Positions 1 through 8,221 are shown, counted from the first letter of the stretch. The stretch: 35,785 bases of DNA from a virus (IMGVR_UViG_3300048856_000141:1-35785), one strand, 5' to 3'. A program made the numbers and translations. Notes: a model not told the origin generated them from the sequence alone.

Positions 1-1434
1 ATGCAATTTGCGCTTTTTGATAAAGATAAACCGCACAAAAATTTCCTTACTCTGTTTCTCTTTACTGCCTTTTTCTGCTTCGTTGGCGGCCATTTGCGCC
101 AGCCCGCTGAGCTGTCGCTGTTTTGGCCGATAAATGCCTTATTGACCGCCATCTTTGTTCGCTTCCCCTGGCTCCACCGTCCGCGTTATTACCTGGTATG
201 TTACGGCGCCATGGTATTCAACGACACGCTCTTTTCCGGCTGGGCGATGCCGGCGTTTATTATTAACGGTGCCAATATCGTCTTTATGCTGGTCGCCGTT
301 TCAATGCTGATCCCGCGTGCCGGACTGATCAATGCCTCCGGCAGAGTAAAAAGCGCGCTAAGTATTTTTCCAGCCTGTTTGCTGGCGTCGGTGGCGTGCG
401 CCAGCTGGGGCGCGCTGGCGCAGGGGCTGCTCTTTAGCGAACATTTTCTGTCGGCCTGGAGCGAATGGTTAAGCGAACAGTTTTCCACTGGCGTGCTGCT
501 GTTGCCTTTTTTGCTGACGCTGCCGCGCCGCTCGACGCTGCTCTCCTCGCTGGCCCACGGGCAGCGCTTGCTGCCGGTTTTAACGTTGGGGATGTCGATT
601 GCCGCCGCCGTCATTATCGGCGGCGGCGGCAGTCTCTCTTTTCCCACTCCGGCGCTAATCTGGTGTGCGATTAGCTATCCGCTTTGGCTGACCAGCGGGC
701 TAACGCTGCTGACCGGCATTACCGAAATCATTCTGGTCGTTCATGGCGTCATGAATATTCAGGGCGACGACAGCCTGCTGGCGCTTAGCCATCTGGCCTC
801 GGCACGGCTGGGCGTGGCGACGGTCGCCATCAGCCCGCTGATCGTCGCCGTCAGTATGGATGCCATTCGGCAGCTTAATCATCAGCTGACGCTGCGCGCG
901 AACCACGATTTTCTTACCCGGCAGCTTTCGCGTTCCGGCCTGTACGATCGCCTGAATCAGCTGGATGGCGCGCAGGCGCTGCGCGGCCGCTGGGCGGGCG
1001 TACTGCTGATCGATATTGACCATTTTAAAGCCATTAATGACAACTACGGCCATGATGCGGGCGATGCGGTGCTGTTTGACGTTGCGCAGCGTATGCGGCA
1101 AACGGTGGATGAGGCGGGTCTGGTTTGCCGGTTCGGGGGCGAAGAGTTCTTAGTGCTGCTTTTCGATCTCGATGAAGCCCGACTGCTGGAGAAGGCGGAA
1201 GAAATCCGCCAGTGCATTATGCAGCAAAAATTTATGCTGCGCGGCAGTGCCGTTGCCGTCACCGTGAGCATCGGCGCAGCCAGCGGTAAGCTGGCAGGCG
1301 TTAACCTTAACGACGCATTTAACCAGCTGGTATCTGCGGCGGATAAACAGCTGTTTATCTCAAAACGCAGCGGGCGTAACCGAACGACGCCGATGCCGGA
1401 AAGCGCAAAGCCGACGGCGGATGCGCTGACGTAA
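1..1434 (+). CDS. Membrane diguanylate cyclase (MASE1-like multi-TM N-terminus plus GGDEF domain)
   Basis: Hydrophobic N-terminal ~290 aa with a SLFWPINA motif. C-terminal IDIDHFKAINDNYGHDAGD and RFGGEEF motifs. Confidence 0.9.
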   Translation: MQFALFDKDKPHKNFLTLFLFTAFFCFVGGHLRQPAELSLFWPINALLTAIFVRFPWLHRPRYYLVCYGAMVFNDTLFSGWAMPAFIINGANIVFMLVAVSMLIPRAGLINASGRVKSALSIFPACLLASVACASWGALAQGLLFSEHFLSAWSEWLSEQFSTGVLLLPFLLTLPRRSTLLSSLAHGQRLLPVLTLGMSIAAAVIIGGGGSLSFPTPALIWCAISYPLWLTSGLTLLTGITEIILVVHGVMNIQGDDSLLALSHLASARLGVATVAISPLIVAVSMDAIRQLNHQLTLRANHDFLTRQLSRSGLYDRLNQLDGAQALRGRWAGVLLIDIDHFKAINDNYGHDAGDAVLFDVAQRMRQTVDEAGLVCRFGGEEFLVLLFDLDEARLLEKAEEIRQCIMQQKFMLRGSAVAVTVSIGAASGKLAGVNLNDAFNQLVSAADKQLFISKRSGRNRTTPMPESAKPTADALT

Positions 1435-1448
1435 CGGCGACAGGGAAG

Positions 1449-1482
1449 AAAAAACCGCAGCAGCTAACCTGCACTGCTGCGG
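1449..1482 (-). terminator. Intrinsic terminator between convergent genes
   Basis: Stem CCGCAGCAG/CTGCTGCGG (1455-1482) with an A6 tract at 1449-1454, which is a U-tail on the minus strand. Confidence 0.6.
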
Positions 1483-1509
1483 GGTCAGAATTAAGATGAA
1501 GCGGGCCCG

Positions 1510-1722
1510 TTAAGAGCGAATATAGGTGCGGATGACATCGGCGATGGCTTTGTTCGCTTCGCGGGCATCACGATGTTCAACCTCGTGCGCGAGGTTTTCC
1601 AGATACTTATTTAGTTTGCCGCCGGTAGGCACGTTGCCAAACGTAATCAGCATCTGAACAATTTGACGCAGCGCCAGCAGCTCCAGCGACAGACGCTCAA
1701 CAACGGGATCTTTCTCAGACAT
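1510..1722 (-). CDS. Small hypothetical protein (70 aa)
   Basis: ATG at 1722 with a GGAG RBS upstream, followed by a terminator. Family not recognised. Confidence 0.6.
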   Translation of the reverse strand: MSEKDPVVERLSLELLALRQIVQMLITFGNVPTGGKLNKYLENLAHEVEHRDAREANKAIADVIRTYIRS

Positions 1723-1856
1723 ATTTACTCCGGCAGACACAGAACTTTTCTGAGAAACATCATACGCGGTTGGCCATTTTTCAATCGGCTAAACAGAGGC
1801 GATAAGCGAGGGTATTTTGCTGCGGCAATCGCGGGCGGGGTATCGCTGTGCATCTG

Positions 1857-1937
1857 CCTTCGTTGGATGCATTTACCTGTCGTCCCGTTCGGGCAAGGCC
1901 CGCAAATCCAGCCGCAGCCGGATTTACGGACAGCCGT
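1857..1937 (-). pseudogene. int: 5' relic of a 186-type integrase
   Basis: Overlaps the cI stop, with ACG where ATG is expected. Reads TAVRKSGCGWICGPCPNGTTGKCIQRR, versus the recalled 186 Int N-terminus MTVRKNPAGGWICELYPNGAKGKRIRKK. The rest of the gene is absent. Confidence 0.75.
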
Positions 1938-2512
1938 TAGCCTGGCTCGCTGTAAACGCCCGTCACGCGCCCCAGCGTTTTAATCTCATCGATCCCGCAT
2001 TCAAATACCACTTTGCCGCCGGCGACATGTAATTTTCTGCCCGGCAGCTTAGTCAGCTCGCGAATGCTGATTGCGCCTTCTATATCCACTAACCACACGC
2101 CATCGGCCAGCGAAGCATCCTGCTCAATAAAATAGAGTTTGCCCTCCGTCTGCACGCCGATCGGCCTGGCAAAAGGTTTGCTGAAAAACTTACCGGAGAT
2201 AGTGACCGTGCCCGTGCTGACCAGCGACTCTTCACTTAATGTGAATGTCTCGATTTTCTGGCGATCGTCGACGCCACTGGCCTCGAACGGTGAGCCGTTG
2301 CCAGTAAGCAGCCAGGCAATGCTGGCACCGGTTTCTAACGCGCAATGTACGATAAAGTCATAAGAAATCGAGTCGCGGCTGTATCTGTTCGCCAGTGAGC
2401 TTGACGCGATTTCAAAATGTCTGGCCAATTGAATTTTCTGAGTAAATCCGTAAGCCTCGCAGATTCTGTCCAGCACTTTTTCGTTGTTCAAACCCAGCTC
2501 TTCAATTCTCAT
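1937..2512 (-). CDS. cI: 186-type CI immunity repressor
   Basis: VLDRICEAYGFTQKIQLARHFEIASSSL and WLVDIEGAISIRELTKLPGRKLHVAGGKV closely match recalled phage 186 CI. Full length (191 aa). Confidence 0.93.
   Translation of the reverse strand: MRIEELGLNNEKVLDRICEAYGFTQKIQLARHFEIASSSLANRYSRDSISYDFIVHCALETGASIAWLLTGNGSPFEASGVDDRQKIETFTLSEESLVSTGTVTISGKFFSKPFARPIGVQTEGKLYFIEQDASLADGVWLVDIEGAISIRELTKLPGRKLHVAGGKVVFECGIDEIKTLGRVTGVYSEPG
2230..2246. promoter_or_regulatory. CI flanking operator (FL-like)
   Basis: CTTCAC-N5-GTGAAT inside cI, about 300 bp left of pR. Matches the 186 A-type site ATTCAC-N5-GTGAAT. Confidence 0.7.
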
Positions 2513-2526
2513 TTAGCTTTAACCTA

Positions 2527-2555
2527 TTTACAAACTCCATTTTGGGAGTTAACTT
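2527..2555 (+). promoter_or_regulatory. pR-like early lytic promoter
   Basis: TTTACA-N17-TAACTT between cI and apl, at the 186 pR position. Confidence 0.65.
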
Positions 2556-2631
2556 AAGCCTGAACCGAGCTAATCAATGTCGGATCTTGGCAAACTAATG
2601 TCTGTTAATTGCAATCACTAGCAAACAGGGA

Positions 2632-2660
2632 ATCATGCAACATGGCTTCTGAAATCGCAA
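2632..2660 (-). promoter_or_regulatory. pL-like lysogenic promoter for cI, face-to-face with pR
   Basis: Minus-strand TTGCGA-N17-CATGAT. The -35 lies inside the first codons of apl. Confidence 0.65.
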
Positions 2661-2900
2661 TCATCAAAGTGCCCGCGCCGCTGGTTACTTTGCCGCAGTT
2701 TGCAGAACGGGAAGATGTTTCTCAGCCTGTGGCTTACCGCGGAATAAGCGACGTTATCCCGCGGGCTCCCACTACGCCGTGGGGCGTCTGCAAGGGCAGG
2801 CAGCAGGCAGGTGGGCCAATTCACATCGGTTATGTCCGCTGAAAAGAAGCGTTGTTGCGTAAAGCGCGGGCATTCCTGTGTTCAGCTATACATGAATGAA
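2642..2900 (+). pseudogene. apl: apl (excisionase/repressor) pseudogene
   Basis: MASEIAIIKVPAPLVTL matches 186 Apl. The middle is diverged, TGA at 2840-2842 replaces the expected Trp, and homology continues after the stop (KEALLRKA, then frameshifted GHSCVQL). Confidence 0.8.
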
Positions 2901-2902
2901 GC

Positions 2903-2919
2903 ATTCACATTTTGTGAAT
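2903..2919. promoter_or_regulatory. CI flanking operator (FR-like)
   Basis: Perfect ATTCAC-ATTTT-GTGAAT at the end of the apl relic. Confidence 0.75.
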
Positions 2920-3106
2920 TTTAACACGGGGAGCTATCCAGTTTTCATCTTTTGTCCTTTTCAGCAGAAGGCATGATGAAAAAAGCGTAGCCAGCAGCGT
3001 TTACGCTGCACGCTCTGCAAGGCAGGCAGGCCAAAGAAAATAGATAAGGGGACAGATAAACGCGCCAGTAAGCAGGTAGAGCGATCGGCGTTTTATCGGA
3101 GGAAAT

Positions 3107-3490
3107 ATGGCTAACTCAGCGATAGCGGTAAAAACAAAATATGCACCGACACCTTTTACTGAGATTCGTCTGTTACACGCGCGCACCGATAAAATCGAAA
3201 AAATGACCTTTGATGAATTTCGGAAAGCGTGGCGTCAGATGCGCAGGAATAATCTCAATCCGGCGCTGAACTATTTTAATCGACAAAATGAGCAATTTAA
3301 ATTTTGCGTGCTGACGCTGGCTAATCGCGACGCTCCCGGCACATTTAAAAGAGATGAAGTCGGCAGGCCATTTGAATATTTCGACGAACGCCGCCGCGAA
3401 CTGATTATTCATGCGATGAATAAAATAGCGCGCTGGGGACAACTATTGCCGCGTCAGTTTTCAGTGGCCGACGCTTTTTTAACTGAATAA
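3107..3490 (+). CDS. P2/186-type early protein (DUF5347-like)
   Basis: GGAGG RBS, early-operon position, C-terminal DERRRELIIHAMN...LLPRQFS pattern. Confidence 0.6.
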   Translation: MANSAIAVKTKYAPTPFTEIRLLHARTDKIEKMTFDEFRKAWRQMRRNNLNPALNYFNRQNEQFKFCVLTLANRDAPGTFKRDEVGRPFEYFDERRRELIIHAMNKIARWGQLLPRQFSVADAFLTE

Positions 3491-3556
3491 ATAAAACCGT
3501 AATCAATGGCGTAAACCCGCCGGGCATGCTTTTGCCTGAAATCAGGAGATCAATAA

Positions 3557-3784
3557 ATGCGAAATAGCGAACGACATATCGAATGCATTGATGAATCAGC
3601 GTCGATCGCCGTGCTGAACGACGTCCGTAACCATGAACGCCGCCATCGCGCGCGGCAGGTATCGGGACGTCTGTCGGCGCTGGCGCTGCATATCCATACG
3701 CAGGGACTGAACGGCGTTGAGGCCGCCGAACTGCTGCGTCAGGAAGCTGAACGTTATGAAATTGAATCACAGGAACTGCATTAA
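3557..3784 (+). CDS. P2-like early protein (DUF2732-like)
   Basis: AGGAG RBS, LNGVEAAELLRQEAERYE...QELH motif, typical position. Confidence 0.75.
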   Translation: MRNSERHIECIDESASIAVLNDVRNHERRHRARQVSGRLSALALHIHTQGLNGVEAAELLRQEAERYEIESQELH

Positions 3785-4008
3785 TGGCCGACGCGATGGA
3801 TCGGGTACAGGAATGGGTACAGGAAGTGTTGGAACATCAGGTGGCTCAGGCCACCGCCCGTGGCGAGCAGGTCAGTGAGTTTTTCTGTATCGAGTGCGAC
3901 ACGGCGATCCCGGAAGCACGTCGCCGCGCCCTCTGCGGCGTCACGCGCTGCGTCGCCTGCCAGGAGCTGGCGGAGCTGAAAAGCCGCCACTATCGGAGCA
4001 GCCTGTAA
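3784..4008 (+). CDS. TraR/DksA-type C4 zinc-finger protein
   Basis: MADAMD start, CIECDTAIPEARRRALCGVTRCVACQ. Confidence 0.9.
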   Translation: MADAMDRVQEWVQEVLEHQVAQATARGEQVSEFFCIECDTAIPEARRRALCGVTRCVACQELAELKSRHYRSSL

Positions 4009-6068
4009 TGATGCCGCAGTATGCTTACCCGTGGAATGCGCCACGGGAAGCGATTCCCAGCCCGTACCCCACTTATGAAGAGCTATATCGCCGCGAGCAG
4101 CAGATTGCGGCGCTGCTCCATGCGCGCGCATTACTTGAAAAGCAGCCGACTATCGTACAGCTACACGTCAAAGGTTACGTCAACACCCTGGAAAAAACGC
4201 AGGGCGCAGGGCGCGCTAATGCGTACTTAGCGAAGACCTTCGTTGAGCGCATATTGCCGCGCGTTGAACGCGTCAATAAGCAGTATGGCGCGCGCGAGAT
4301 GAGCCGCAGCACCTTTCGCCTGCTGGCTGGCAATAACGGTGCGCAGCCGGGCGCGGCCAGAACGGCGGGCGCCTGGTGGGAGCTGATAAAGCGGTTTAAT
4401 CGTCTGGCGGATATGACGCGTGCGGACGGCGATCTGCTGGCGGAAGACATCGCTCACTTTATGCTGGCGGAGATCGCGCAGGCTCATATCCAGATGCGCG
4501 ATGAGACAGAATACCGCTACGTTCATCGCCTCTATATATTGGCCGCCAGCCTGACGCGCGAGCTGGGCCTGGCGCCGCCGCTGTGGGAAAAAGTGACTTC
4601 ACGCCTGTTCTCGCCGGACGAGGTCGTTCCGGCCATTATGCGGATGCAGAATGCGAAATGGTGGAAAGGGCGTCTGCGTCGCGTGGCGGCGGCGTGGCGC
4701 GAGCATCTGCATATCGCGCTGGCCAACGTCAGTAAAAAGCGCACGCCTTACGCCAGCCCAATGGCGGTGGCGGAATGGCGCGAGCAGAAGCGTCGCACGC
4801 GGGAATTTCTCAAAGGCATGGAGCTGGAGGATGAAGAGGGCAACCGCATCAGCCTGATTGATAAATACCACGGCAGCGTAGCGAATCCGGCGATACGCCG
4901 TGGCGAGCTGATGATCCGCATTCGCGGCTTTGAAAATATCTGCAATGAAATGGGCTTTGTGGGTGATTTTTATACCTTAACAGCGCCCGCCTGCTATCAC
5001 GCCACCCTTAACAACGGCCGCCCTAATCACAAGTGGAACGGCGCCAGCCCAGTGGAAACGCAGCGCTATTTTTGCCGCGTCTGGCAAAAAGCGCGTGCCA
5101 AACTCCATCGTGAAAACATCCGGCTGTTCGGCATTCGGGTTGCCGAGCCGCACCATGACGGGACGCCGCACTGGCATATGCTGATGTTTATGCGCCCGGA
5201 AGATGTGCAGCGGGTGCGCCAGGTGATCAGCGATTACGCCTGCCAGCAGGAAAGTGATGAGCTGATCCCGGCGGCCGCGCGAAAAGCCCGTTTTCATGCC
5301 GAAGCGATCGATGCGCGAAAGGGCAGCGCCACCGGCTATATCGCCAAGTACATCTCGAAAAATATTGATGGCTATGCGCTTGATAACGAACGGGATGATG
5401 AAAGCGGCAAAGCGCTGAAAGAGGCCGCGCCCGCCGTCTCCGCGTGGGCAGCGCGCTGGCATATTCGCCAGTTTCAGTTTGTCGGCGGCGCGCCGGTCAC
5501 GGTTTATCGCGAGCTGCGCCGTCTGGCCGATGGCGAAACGGCGCGCGGAGTGAGCGTCGCGTTCGCTGCCGTGCATGATGCCGCTGATGCGGGCGACTGG
5601 GCGAGCTACGTTAATGCTCAGGGCGGCCCGTTTGTAAAACGCGATCGGCTGGCGGTACGCAACTGGTATCAGGCGCGCGAAGCGCTTAACGAATATGGTG
5701 AAGCCATTGTTCGCATTCGCGGTGTTTACGCATCAGATGTTGGCCCCGATACGCCCGTGTTAACCCGTCTCATCCAGTGGAAAATCGTACCGAAGCGCGC
5801 CGTTGAGCCGGATGCTGCATTGCAGGACGCGGCCGCTTTCTCTTGGAGTTCTGTCAATAACTGTACGGAAAGCGAAGCTCCACCGCTGCGCGATTTCTCG
5901 AAACCGTTAAATAGAGCGGAACGGCGACGGTTAATTGCGCGTTTGCGTAAGGAGGGCAGAATGATCGGTGGAGCCCGGGAGGGGACGATCGACCGCGACA
6001 TGGCGCGCCAGGTCAGAAGATACTTAAGCGCCGGGCCAGCGTTGGCGAATAAAATAACGCAAGGATGA
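4008..6068 (+). CDS. A: Rolling-circle replication endonuclease gpA (686 aa, intact)
   Basis: ATG overlaps the upstream TAA. HUH motif EPHHDGTPHWHML, two catalytic tyrosines in GYIAKYISKNIDG, and WHIRQFQF. Confidence 0.93.
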   Translation: MMPQYAYPWNAPREAIPSPYPTYEELYRREQQIAALLHARALLEKQPTIVQLHVKGYVNTLEKTQGAGRANAYLAKTFVERILPRVERVNKQYGAREMSRSTFRLLAGNNGAQPGAARTAGAWWELIKRFNRLADMTRADGDLLAEDIAHFMLAEIAQAHIQMRDETEYRYVHRLYILAASLTRELGLAPPLWEKVTSRLFSPDEVVPAIMRMQNAKWWKGRLRRVAAAWREHLHIALANVSKKRTPYASPMAVAEWREQKRRTREFLKGMELEDEEGNRISLIDKYHGSVANPAIRRGELMIRIRGFENICNEMGFVGDFYTLTAPACYHATLNNGRPNHKWNGASPVETQRYFCRVWQKARAKLHRENIRLFGIRVAEPHHDGTPHWHMLMFMRPEDVQRVRQVISDYACQQESDELIPAAARKARFHAEAIDARKGSATGYIAKYISKNIDGYALDNERDDESGKALKEAAPAVSAWAARWHIRQFQFVGGAPVTVYRELRRLADGETARGVSVAFAAVHDAADAGDWASYVNAQGGPFVKRDRLAVRNWYQAREALNEYGEAIVRIRGVYASDVGPDTPVLTRLIQWKIVPKRAVEPDAALQDAAAFSWSSVNNCTESEAPPLRDFSKPLNRAERRRLIARLRKEGRMIGGAREGTIDRDMARQVRRYLSAGPALANKITQG
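5842..5866 (+). other. P2/186-type replication origin (gpA nick site) inside A
   Basis: CTTG^GAGTTCTGTCAATAACTGTAC resembles the recalled P2 ori CTCG^GAGTCCTGTCAATAACTGT and lies at the expected position within A. Confidence 0.75.
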
Positions 6069-6134
6069 CAAGGTATTTACAACAATAACTTTCTATATCA
6101 TGCACATAGATTGAAGGGCTTGCTCAATTTTTTC

Positions 6135-6178
6135 TTCACATTTTTTCTTATTACATGATACTGTATGTTTATACAGTA
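6135..6178 (+). promoter_or_regulatory. LexA-repressed promoter (186 p95-like) with SOS box at 6159-6178
   Basis: TACTGTATGTTTATACAGTA (CTGT-N8-ACAG) overlaps a -10 TACTGT. -35 TTCACA at 6135-6140. Confidence 0.88.
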
Positions 6179-6198
6179 TCTCAATTAGGGGAGGTCTT

Positions 6199-6396
6199 GT
6201 GGGTGACGAGTTGAAGGAAAGCGTTATGCTTGAAAGAGTTGAGATGATTGCGCGATTAACGACCGAGGGCGTTTGCCAGGAAAGAGATCGCGAAATCGCA
6301 TTAGCGTTAATAGCCGAAATTGCCAGAGGGAACCTGATAAAAAGTACTGCCTTTTCCGTTGCCTTTTCTGTTAACCCGCTCAAAAAAAATGATTAA
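6199..6396 (+). CDS. tum: Tum antirepressor, N-terminal domain only (65 aa)
   Basis: VMLERVEMIARLTTEGVCQERDREIALALIAEIARGNL matches the recalled 186 Tum N-terminus. GGAGG RBS, GTG start, directly downstream of the SOS box. Confidence 0.88.
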   Translation: MGDELKESVMLERVEMIARLTTEGVCQERDREIALALIAEIARGNLIKSTAFSVAFSVNPLKKND

Positions 6397-6425
6397 AAGA
6401 AGCCAGGGGTAACGCTCCCGATCAA

Positions 6426-6468
6426 ATAAAAAACAGCCCTATGTCACTAACATAGGGCTGTTTTTTAT
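6426..6468. terminator. Bidirectional intrinsic terminator
   Basis: Perfect 19-bp inverted repeat ATAAAAAACAGCCCTATGT-cacta-ACATAGGGCTGTTTTTTAT. Confidence 0.85.
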
Positions 6469-6496
6469 CTCTTTTATTCACATAACAAGGAATAGC

Positions 6497-6727
6497 ATGG
6501 ATAAGGTTATCGCCTTTTTATCACTCGCATCTTTCATCTTTTTCCTGGCCGGCCTGATTAATCCTTCGCTGGTGGGGATGCCTAACCGTAAGCGCGCCAG
6601 CGCTATCTATCTGGGCGGCTGCCTGGCGTTAGCCGTTCTCGGCGCAAATTTATATCCTGTCGAAGAAGAGGTTGAAAAATCATCTGGCTTATTAAATAAC
6701 AGAATTAACGGTGATAGCGCTCGATAA
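6497..6727 (+). CDS. Small two-TM membrane protein, probably a truncated orf97-position protein
   Basis: AAGGA RBS and two hydrophobic helices flanking MPNRKRAS. Resembles the N-terminus of a longer protein recalled downstream of tum in 186-like phages. Confidence 0.55.
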   Translation: MDKVIAFLSLASFIFFLAGLINPSLVGMPNRKRASAIYLGGCLALAVLGANLYPVEEEVEKSSGLLNNRINGDSAR

Positions 6728-6854
6728 TATTCCGCTAAACAGAATGCTGCATATCGATCCTCAAAAAAGCGCGCTAAGTAAAGTATCAATGGCAACATCT
6801 TAAAATGGGTAATGACAGCTTTTAATTAATGCCTTTTCCAGCCGGTATTATTTA

Positions 6855-7003
6855 ACCGTAAACGCTTCGGCATTTATTTATCCTCTTTGCTTATCCCTTT
6901 CTCGCCGCGAGTGCTTCTGCATTCCTCTCACCCTTTTTGCTTATTCATTTCTCGCCGTGAAGGCTTCTGCATTTATCTCTTCCTCTTTGCTTATTCATTT
7001 CTC
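6855..7003. repeat. About three copies of an imperfect 50-bp tandem repeat
   Basis: 6901-6950 and 6951-7000 are 42/50 identical (ctcgccg.ga..gcttctgcatt..tctc..cct.tttgcttattcattt). A more diverged copy lies at ~6855-6900. Confidence 0.85.
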
Positions 7004-7303
7004 AATAAACCGCCTTTGATTGAGGCAAACCGCTGCGCCAGAGAAACTGCTCCCATCAATATACGCAGCGCGACGAAGGCCAGGCCTTTTGTCGCGCCGT
7101 AAAACCGTTTTTTTCCGCGACCTGCCCCGAGGCCATGTAATGACTTCACGCTTAATCAATGCACCGCCGCCAACGGTAAGCCCCGTTGTCTGGCCAGCAA
7201 GCAGCCAGCGGGTTAACGCCGTCGCACGCTGTTGCGATGGCGCCAGCGACAGCAAGGACGAAGCCGCAAAAAGCGCGCACCTCAACAGCAACAAGGATCT
7301 ACC

Positions 7304-7510
7304 GTGATTAAAATTTATGCGCAGCAGGGAGATACCCTCGATGAAATCTGCTTTCGCTATTACGGGCGAACGCAGCAGGTGGTTGAACAGGTTTACGCCG
7401 CCAACCCTGGGCTGGCCGAACGCGGCCCGGTGCTGCCGCACGGCTGTGAAGTCGTGCTGCCGGAACTGTCGGCTGCCCCGACGAGTGAAACCATCAAGCT
7501 GTGGGATTAA
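7304..7510 (+). CDS. X: P2 gpX-like tail protein
   Basis: IYAQQGDTLDEICFRYYG...ANPGLA...LWD. AAGGA RBS and GTG start. Confidence 0.92.
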   Translation: MIKIYAQQGDTLDEICFRYYGRTQQVVEQVYAANPGLAERGPVLPHGCEVVLPELSAAPTSETIKLWD

Positions 7511-7512
7511 AC

Positions 7513-7728
7513 ATGACCACTGAACGAATCAGCGCGTTTATTACTTACTGCATCGCCGTGGCGATGGCGTATCTGGGCAAGATGGATTTGAAAGATATTG
7601 GCACCCTGGCCGGTATTGCGCTGGGCATACTGATGACGGGGATTAGCTGGTATTACAAACGCAAAACCTACCAGCTACTGAAGGCGGGCGCGATTACGCA
7701 GGGTGTCTATGAATCTGCCAATCGTTAA
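7513..7728 (+). CDS. Holin (HP1-family-like)
   Basis: Small hydrophobic protein with SWYYKRKTYQLL, directly before the lysozyme. Confidence 0.85.
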   Translation: MTTERISAFITYCIAVAMAYLGKMDLKDIGTLAGIALGILMTGISWYYKRKTYQLLKAGAITQGVYESANR

Positions 7729-8221
7729 ACGCTGTGCCGTGGGCGCGATACTGGTTCTGGCTGCTGCTGTACCAGAGTTTCAGAGCCTGCACACCTCGGT
7801 GGAGGGGCTGAAGCTGATCGCAGATTTTGAGGGCTGCCGGCTGCAACCTTATCAGTGCAGCGCCGGAACCTGGACCGACGGCATCGGCAATACGCACGGC
7901 GTGGTGCTGGGCCGCACCATCACCGAACGGCAGGCCGCGGGCATGTTTATCACCAATGTGCTGCGGGTGGAATCGGCGCTGGCGCGTTGCGTGACTGAAC
8001 CGCTGCCGCAGCCGGTTTATGACGCGACGGTGTCCTTCGCCTTTAACGTGGGAACCGGCAACGCCTGCGGCTCCACGCTGGTTAAGCTGCTGAATCAGCG
8101 GCGCTGGGCGGCGGCGTGCCGACAGCTACCGCGCTGGGTTTATGTGAAAGGCGTATTGAATCGGGGGCTGGAAAACCGCCGCGCCCGCGAAATGGCCTGG
8201 TGCCTGCGGGGCGCCGCCTGA
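7709..8221 (+). CDS. SAR-type endolysin (GH24 lysozyme)
   Basis: Weakly hydrophobic N-terminal anchor. EGCRLQPYQCSAGTWTDGIGNT catalytic E-C-T motif, SFAFNVG, GLENRR. Confidence 0.92.
   Translation: MNLPIVKRCAVGAILVLAAAVPEFQSLHTSVEGLKLIADFEGCRLQPYQCSAGTWTDGIGNTHGVVLGRTITERQAAGMFITNVLRVESALARCVTEPLPQPVYDATVSFAFNVGTGNACGSTLVKLLNQRRWAAACRQLPRWVYVKGVLNRGLENRRAREMAWCLRGAA

Noticed and set aside
1435-1856. tRNA gene or att core at the left boundary
   Set aside because: No tRNA-like fold or direct repeat shared with the junction region was visible by eye.
3894-4007. Longer N-terminal extensions in the ORF track (A from 3894; also 7232, 8116, 14144, 24078, 32835)
   Set aside because: Family N-termini, RBS positions and stop/start overlaps support the downstream starts used here.
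5842-5846. Inactivated origin (CTTG instead of CTCG at the nick site)
   Set aside because: I recall WSSVNNC as a natural variant in gpA proteins, so this change is not evidence of inactivation.
6855-7003. CRISPR array
   Set aside because: Units are similar along their whole 50 bp with no unique spacers, and there are no cas genes.
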